Shown here: positions 58,087-64,000 of the stretch, in pieces
How positions within the stretch are numbered: position 1 is the stretch's first letter
Layout: each line of letters begins with the position of its first letter
Source of the DNA: Methanobacteriota archaeon
Lineage (GTDB): Archaea; Methanobacteriota; Methanobacteria; Methanobacteriales; Methanobacteriaceae
Reading direction: 5' to 3'
DNA length: 64,000 bases
Assembly (NCBI GenBank): GCA_963787255.1
Contig: CAWBCJ010000026.1
Span: 68,514-132,513 of the forward strand
Notes under the pieces: generated by a model
Database searches by the model: none
Seen by the model: the letters and a program-made list of their open reading frames with translations, nothing else
What the model was told of the DNA's origin: nothing
Program-made: the position numbers and the translations under genes

Positions 58087-59799
58087 ATGATCGGCGCCAA
58101 CGTCATCGTGGACATGCTGCGGCAGTACCAGGTGGACTTCATCTTCGGTGTCCCCGGGGACACCAGCGTTCCCCTCTACGAGGCGCTCTACGACGCCGGG
58201 GAAGGCATCCGCCACGTGATGGCCCGCGACGAACGCTCCGCTTCGTTCATGGCCGACGCCTACGCGCGCCTGTCCCACAAGCCCGGGATCTGCGAATGCC
58301 CCAGCGGCGCAGGCCCGCTCTATTCCGTCCCGGGGGTGGCCGAGGCCAACGCCTCCTCCGTCCCGGTCATCCTGATGACCTCCGACATCCCGCTCGGCGG
58401 CGAGGGCAAGCAGACCATCACCGAGCTCGACTGCCAGAAGCTCTTCGAGTCCATCACCAAGTGGTCGAGCGTGCTCAAGGACGTGCGCAAGATTCCGGAA
58501 ACCTTCCGCCGCGCCTTCCGCATCGCCACCTCCGGCCGACCCGGCGCGGTGCACCTGGCCCTGCCCCAGGAGGCGCTCAAGGGCGAGTACACGGGCGAGC
58601 CGCACACGATCTACGCCGAGCCGGACTGCTGCGAATACCCGGCCTTCCGCACCCGCGGCAGTCGCCAGGTGCTCGAGGAGCTGACCCGGCAGCTCAGCGG
58701 CGCGCGCCGTCCCGTCGTTATCGCCGGCGGCGGCGCCAACCACTCCCAGGCCGGCCCCCAGGTCATCGCGCTGGCGGAGTGGCTCTGCGCGCCGGTGGTC
58801 ACCACCATTTCCGGCCAGGGCATCATGCCGGACGAGCACCCGCTGGCGCTGGGGGTCATCGGCGACAACGGCTTCCACCCCCACGCCCACCGCGCGGTCG
58901 AGGACGGCGACGTCCTGCTCTACGTGGGCTGTAAGATGGGCTCGGTGTCCACCATCAACTGGACGCTGCCCTCCTACCGCCCCGACCGCAAGATCCTCCA
59001 AGTCGACCTCGACCCCAAACTGCTGGGCAACAACTTCCCGAATACGCTCAGCGTCGCCGGCGACGCCCGCCTGGTGCTGGACGACCTGATGGTCCTGCTC
59101 AAGCACTCCGGCCCGGCCCGGACATCCTCCCCGTGGGTGGACGAGCTGAACCGCCTGCGCCGCCGGTTCTGGGAGGAGTCGCAGGCGGCGCTGAATTCGG
59201 ACGCAACGCCGATCCGGCCGGAGCGCGTCATGACGGCGCTGAACCGCCACCTGACGCCACCCTCCATCGTCATCTCCGATGCCGGAACCCCGACGCCCTT
59301 CATCACGCGTTTCCTCAAGCTGGCCGGAAAGGGCTCGCGCTTCATCATCCCGCGCTCCTACGGCGGCCTGGGCTATGCCATTCCGGCGGTGGTCGGCGCA
59401 TTTTTCGCGCAGCCCGGCGCGCGGCTGGTGGGCCTGTTCGGCGACGGCAGCCTCGGCATGTCCGCCGGCGAACTCGAGACCATCGCCCGGCTCAAGATCC
59501 CGGCCGTGCTGATCCATTTCAACAACGCCACCTTCGGCTGGATCCGTTCGCTGCAGGCCCTGCACAGCCAGGGCAAGTTCTACTCCGTGGATTTCACCGC
59601 CGGCAACCCCTGCCTGGTCGCCCAGGGCTTCGGCCTCAAGGCCCATGCCGTGAAATCCGCCGCCGATTTAGAGGAGGGCCTGCAACAGGCGTTTGCATCG
59701 GAAGGGCCGGTGTTCCTGGACATTCCCACCGCACCCAACCCCGGCGAGCTTCCGCCGGTCTACTCCTGGCTGCGGGCGGCGGAACACTTAAAAAAATAG
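58087..59799 (+). CDS. TPP-dependent enzyme, acetolactate synthase-like
   Basis: IFGVPG, RDERSASFMADAYAR, GRPGAVHL, GDGS..FNN. Confidence 0.92.
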   Translation: MIGANVIVDMLRQYQVDFIFGVPGDTSVPLYEALYDAGEGIRHVMARDERSASFMADAYARLSHKPGICECPSGAGPLYSVPGVAEANASSVPVILMTSDIPLGGEGKQTITELDCQKLFESITKWSSVLKDVRKIPETFRRAFRIATSGRPGAVHLALPQEALKGEYTGEPHTIYAEPDCCEYPAFRTRGSRQVLEELTRQLSGARRPVVIAGGGANHSQAGPQVIALAEWLCAPVVTTISGQGIMPDEHPLALGVIGDNGFHPHAHRAVEDGDVLLYVGCKMGSVSTINWTLPSYRPDRKILQVDLDPKLLGNNFPNTLSVAGDARLVLDDLMVLLKHSGPARTSSPWVDELNRLRRRFWEESQAALNSDATPIRPERVMTALNRHLTPPSIVISDAGTPTPFITRFLKLAGKGSRFIIPRSYGGLGYAIPAVVGAFFAQPGARLVGLFGDGSLGMSAGELETIARLKIPAVLIHFNNATFGWIRSLQALHSQGKFYSVDFTAGNPCLVAQGFGLKAHAVKSAADLEEGLQQAFASEGPVFLDIPTAPNPGELPPVYSWLRAAEHLKK

Positions 59800-60084
59800 A
59801 CCACGCGGCCCCCTGCGGCAAACTGGCCGATTACTCCAAGCAGGCAATAAAAAGGCGCACGTTACATGGCCAAAGCGGTATTGGGCACGGGAACAAATAT
59901 CCGGTATGGACCAAGATTCGATCCGTCAGCCTAAATACCCGACCACGATCAAAACGGCTACCAGCTGCAATGGAATACGGGAAGGTCTGCTCTAACCGAC
60001 TCTCTCATTTCTGCAATGCCTCGGCTTTGGGATCGTGTGGCTTTAAGTTATTATGTGTCGTTTAAGGTTTTGCGATCTATCTTA

Positions 60085-60113
60085 TTGACACAACTAAAAG
60101 TCAAAGGTATTAA
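60085..60113 (+). promoter_or_regulatory. sigma70-like promoter ~300 bp upstream of porin
   Basis: TTGACA-17-TATTAA. Confidence 0.45.
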
Positions 60114-60415
60114 CTATTTCCCTTCTTTTGGTCTCCTCTGCAACCTCGCTCCGATTAATTATCCACTGACTCCACAGCCTCAATCATCCCGAGCGGAAGC
60201 TATTGCTTCATTTGCCACGTGGAGTAAATGAGCCATTTCAGACATATCCCAGTTCTACCTTCAGCGACGGGAGGAGTGTCAACGCCGAATTGCTGACGCG
60301 TTGGCATTTCTATCCGCAGGGCGCATTTTCAATTCAAGGGAGAGTCGGGCAAGGCAGGAAATTATTAGGCTAGGCTAAAACAGGTTTTTCAAACGCGTTA
60401 AGGAGGATCGAAGAG

Positions 60416-61590
60416 ATGAAGAAACTTATTGCGGTTTTCGCGGTTCTGCTTTTTGTGGCACCCGCCTTCGCAGCCGACTGGTCTTTCTACGGCAGCGAGC
60501 GCATGGCCACCTGGTATGTTTCCCAGGATTTCAAGGATTACCCGGTACAAGGCCAGGATAACGACTCCGGCACCCAGTGGTATTTGCAGGGCAACTCCCG
60601 GCTCGGCGCCAAGGTCAAGGCCGACAAGGTCACCGGCCAGATCGAGCTGGCGACGACGGCCTCCAGCACCGACTCGGCCGGCGACGGTGCGGTCAACACC
60701 CGGCGCGCCTACGGCGTGTGGAAGTTCTCGGACAACGCCTGGCTGAAGGTCGGCAAGGACTTCTCCCCGGTCACCGACTTCATTTCCAACCAGTGGTTCG
60801 ACGCTGACAACGACATGTGGGGCAACGGCCAATTCTACGGCCGGCGTCCGCAATATATCGGCCTGGGTATCGGGAACTTTGAGATCGCCTTTCTGACCCC
60901 GCAACAGGGCAACACGGGCGGCATCGGCAGCTCCACCACCGGCATCCTGACCCCCGTCGACCAACCCGGCGACGCTGGCCCAGACCGCCGTCACCGGCGA
61001 CCCGGATGTCTACTTCCCGAAAATCGAAGCCTCCTACATGCTGAAGCTCGGCGCGGGCTACATCAAGCCCTTCGCCGGCTTCCAGTACTACTCGGTTAAT
61101 TCGAGTGCGCCTACCCAGGGCGTCCAAGACGACATCGACCTCTATACCTACGTCGTCGGTATCAGCACCAGCTGGAACATCGGCGCCTTCTCCATCGGCG
61201 GCCAGCTGAACTACGGCCAGAACGAGGGTCTCGCCAACTGGTACCAGGGCTACAATAATTTCAACCAGACCGCTGCCCATTCTTAAGACGAACGGGGGTA
61301 ACGTCTACGACGTTACCAACCTCCAGGCCATGATCGTTCCGGGCCTGAAATTCTCGGACACCCTGCGGTTTGAAGCCGGTTTCGGCTATCGCCAGGACCA
61401 GGCCAACGGCGCCGTGGGCTTCTCCCAGAAGGATGAGTCCTGGGTCGGTTATGTGCAGGCCATGATCACCCTGGCCCCGGGTGTCTACCTGTGCCCGGAA
61501 GTCGGCTACATCGACTATATGGACAGCGTCTCCGGCGACGACCAGGGTTACAAGTGGTACGCCGGTGCCAAGTGGCAGATCGATTTCTGA
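60416..61590 (+). CDS. outer-membrane porin-like beta-barrel (frameshifts ~60960, ~61285)
   Basis: Signal peptide AFA, FYGS.R, NSRLG, RRAYG, terminal WQIDF; AAGGAGG RBS. Confidence 0.85.
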
Positions 61591-61632
61591 TCTGACACAA
61601 CAGCACTCTCATCAACCTGCCTGACTCTCACG

Positions 61633-61667
61633 AAAGAACCCCGGTGCGAAAGCACCGGGGTTCTTTT
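61633..61667 (+). terminator. intrinsic terminator, probably bidirectional
   Basis: AAAGAACCCCGGTGC-GAAA-GCACCGGGGTTCTTTT. Confidence 0.9.
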
Positions 61668-61752
61668 ATGGTGTGCTGGGGATTTAGGGTTTGGTATGGG
61701 TGTGTTTGAAGATGAAGATTGCGAACAACTATAGATGGTACCAGGGCATTGT

Positions 61753-61781
61753 TTGACACACAACATAGAATGGTCTAAAAT
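61753..61781 (+). promoter_or_regulatory. sigma70-like promoter
   Basis: TTGACA-17-TAAAAT. Confidence 0.55.
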
Positions 61782-61841
61782 TGAAATGTAAGGGCATGGA
61801 CCCTGCCGTCATTCCCGCCTTTTTAAAAGCCCTATGTTTGG

Positions 61842-62499
61842 TTGATTACATCCTTTTCCAATGAATATAAAATAGTCAGTCGGTCCGAATTTACAATTGA
61901 GATCGGCGAATGTATAAAGATAATGACTGAACCGCATAACAGTTCTTCTGATCTAGGTATTTTCCTTTCGACTATCTTCCATATCGCCTCCATTGCGTGC
62001 GTTCCTTTCCTGGCCATCGGAACTGTAAATGGAAACATTTATGCATGCGGGTTGCTGCTGCTTTGGAACATTTACTATTCCATTCGGTTGTTCAAGTCCA
62101 GGAAACTGCTTGGATTGGCTTTCTTTGTCATTACCCTATCAGCGGTTGTGTTCGGGATCTACCATTTTGGATTGATGTCACAATTTAAAAATGCGAAGAT
62201 TTATCTAGAAGAGGAAAAAACATTTTTGCAGGGAAACCACGTATGAAACACTTTTGTTAAAATATGAAACCGAAAAAAGCATGATCAGCGCAACTTTTCG
62301 AAAATGCCTTGATAAGGAACACGTTCCACCCGAAACCTGCATTAAGGAAGTAAATCACAGGACCAGCCTGAATGAAGTCATGCTGGGTAATCGTCTGCTG
62401 CGTTTGAGCAACTGTGCCAATTCTCTGACCACCAAGGAAAAGAGTGTGGATCGTCTCAAAAATAGACCCTGGGTCAAATTCTGGCTGGGTTTACTTTGA
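61842..62499 (+). CDS. lower-GC hypothetical membrane protein (probably one frameshifted gene; start may be 61923)
   Basis: Adjacent ORFs 61842-62246 (3 TM) and 62254-62499. Confidence 0.55.
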
Positions 62500-62795
62500 C
62501 CTGAGTTGAGCGATTCTTATTTTGGTTTTTACGCAAGGGCCCGCTGGGGTCTGCCTCCGCATGGGCCGCCGCAAAAGACACCCAGGCGTCGCCAACGCCC
62601 CCGGGGTTTCAATAACCCCCTCACAGGCAGCGGCGGCAGTCTCTGTCGTGGGGCGCTGTCTTCCGGGGCTTTCCGGCGATATCTGAGCGGTTCTGCTGCC
62701 GTTGAGACGGCCGGGGAAAAGATTGCGGCGGCCCATGCGGAGGCAGACCCCAGCGGGCCTCGATGTGAATCAGACAAGAATCGCTCAACTCAGGT
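62499..62795. mobile_element. palindromic MITE-like element, copy 3
   Basis: Perfect TIR ACCTGAGTTGAGCGATTCTT/AAGAATCGCTCAACTCAGGT; TTG on both flanks. Confidence 0.9.
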
Positions 62796-64000
62796 TTGAG
62801 CTTTTTTTCGTCCGGCGGGTCGGCTTTGCCTGAAGCGGATCATCGGGCCAGGGATGCTTCGGGTAGCGGCCCTTGAGGTCTTTCTTCACCTCGGGGTAGC
62901 CCCGGGTCCAGAACCCGGCCAGATCCGCGGTCACCTGCATGGGCCTGCCCGCCGGCGAGAGCAGGTGCAGCAGCACGGGCTGGTTGCCGCCGCCAACCCG
63001 CGGGGTGTCGGTAGCGCCGAACATCTCCTGGATGCGCACCGCCAGCACCGGGGTTTCGCCGGAATAATCCAGGCGGATGCGCGAGCCGCTCGGCACCGTC
63101 AGATGGGTAGGGGCGAGCTCGTCGAGCGCCCGCCGCTGCCGCCAGGTGAGCATCCCGGCCAGCGCGGCTGCGAGGTCGACTTTCTTCAAATCCGCCAGCC
63201 GGGTGATGCCGGAGAGGTGAGCGCCCAGCCAATCCTCCAGGGAGCCGGCCAGCTTCGCGTCCGACACGTCCGGCCATTCCGGCCCGCCCGCGCCGACGCG
63301 CCGCACGAACATCACGCGCTCCTGCCAGCGCCGCGCATCTTGCGTCCAGGGCAGGCAGCCGATGCCCGCCAGCCGGATCCCCTTGATCAGCGCCGAGGCG
63401 ATGCCGGCGGGGTCCGGCGAGGAGAGTTGCTCTGATGTGAGAACCAGTGCTCCGAGCCTCAGTTCCCGTTCGGCAACCACGGCCTGCTTGCGGGGATCCC
63501 AGTCCAGGATCTTTCGGGTCTGGACCTGCCCGGCATACTGGTCAAGCAGGGTCGCCAGATCGTAGGCGGCGGCGAGAAAGATGCGCGCCTCGCGGCGCTC
63601 ACCGTCGAGATCGGCGGCAACGATGTAGTCCGAGGTGGAAAGCGGTTCCGGCGCGGCAAAGAACGCGCCGCGGCCGCTGGTCAACAAGAAGCGGCCCGGT
63701 GCGCCGGCGCGCCGCTGTCCAATGCGGTCGGGATAGGCCCAGGCGAGCAGTCGGCCGGCTTCAATCCGCACGGCATCTTGCGCCGCCAGACCCAGGCGCT
63801 GGCGGAGCGCCTCCGCCAGACGGATGACGCGGCGGCAGGCCGCCCGGTCCACGGTCCTGCGCGAAGCCGCGGGCCGTTGGCCCACCCGTAGGTCGTGCAC
63901 GATCTCCAGCCGCAGCCGCAGGTCCGAGTCCTGGTCGCCGGACGCAAACGGCACGAAATCCCGCTCGCTTAAAAGTGCCGCCAGGTCGCAGGCCGCCCCG
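62785..64000 (-). CDS. hrpB: ATP-dependent helicase HrpB, C-terminal part
   Basis: AYPDRIGQRR, VPSGS, LAVRIQEMFG, LLSPAGRP, GRYPKHPWPDDP. Confidence 0.93.
   Translation of the reverse strand, partial: GAACDLAALLSERDFVPFASGDQDSDLRLRLEIVHDLRVGQRPAASRRTVDRAACRRVIRLAEALRQRLGLAAQDAVRIEAGRLLAWAYPDRIGQRRAGAPGRFLLTSGRGAFFAAPEPLSTSDYIVAADLDGERREARIFLAAAYDLATLLDQYAGQVQTRKILDWDPRKQAVVAERELRLGALVLTSEQLSSPDPAGIASALIKGIRLAGIGCLPWTQDARRWQERVMFVRRVGAGGPEWPDVSDAKLAGSLEDWLGAHLSGITRLADLKKVDLAAALAGMLTWRQRRALDELAPTHLTVPSGSRIRLDYSGETPVLAVRIQEMFGATDTPRVGGGNQPVLLHLLSPAGRPMQVTADLAGFWTRGYPEVKKDLKGRYPKHPWPDDPLQAKPTRRTKKSSNLS

Noticed and set aside
39549-62795. Palindromic repeats as integron attC sites, CRISPR repeats or small protein genes
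   Set aside because: No RYYYAAC/GTTRRRY ends, no integrase or cas genes, no regular spacing; ORFs over them differ between copies; TIR plus TSD fits a MITE better
41600-64000. Numerous long overlapping or antisense ORFs (e.g. 44417-46681, 57967-59646, 49782-50774)
   Set aside because: Arg/Gly/Ala-rich shadow frames expected from high-GC codon bias over recognisable genes

Overview
The window joins two unrelated genomes at about 39,110-39,120. Positions 1-~39,110 are very AT-rich DNA of a Methanobacterium-like archaeon (guaAA/guaAB, PAS histidine kinase with receivers, Nre, Cgi121, two large adhesin-like genes, many small hydrolases and transporters). Positions ~39,115-64,000 are GC-rich DNA of a probable deltaproteobacterium (AOR end, lpxL, pbpC, alpha-2-macroglobulin, TAXI-TRAP transporter, TPP enzyme, porin, hrpB). 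Taxonomy is inferred from composition and gene content. Both halves carry many single-base frameshifts that look like uncorrected long-read errors. Most notable observations: (1) a ~295-bp non-coding, rod-like palindromic element in three full copies, each with ACCT..AGGT terminal inverted repeats, a different 3-bp target duplication and a compensatory stem change, all at gene 3' ends, plus one short derivative lacking the central hairpin and one lone left end; (2) a duplicated ~320-bp leader before both archaeal adhesins with an 11-12 nt perfect anti-Shine-Dalgarno; (3) archaeal intergenic regions built from nested, paired gene fragments, including three remnants of one small protein family I do not recognise, that bracket intact accessory genes; (4) a diverged tandem copy of the 3' end of the TRAP permease. 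All assignments were made by eye, with no database searches.
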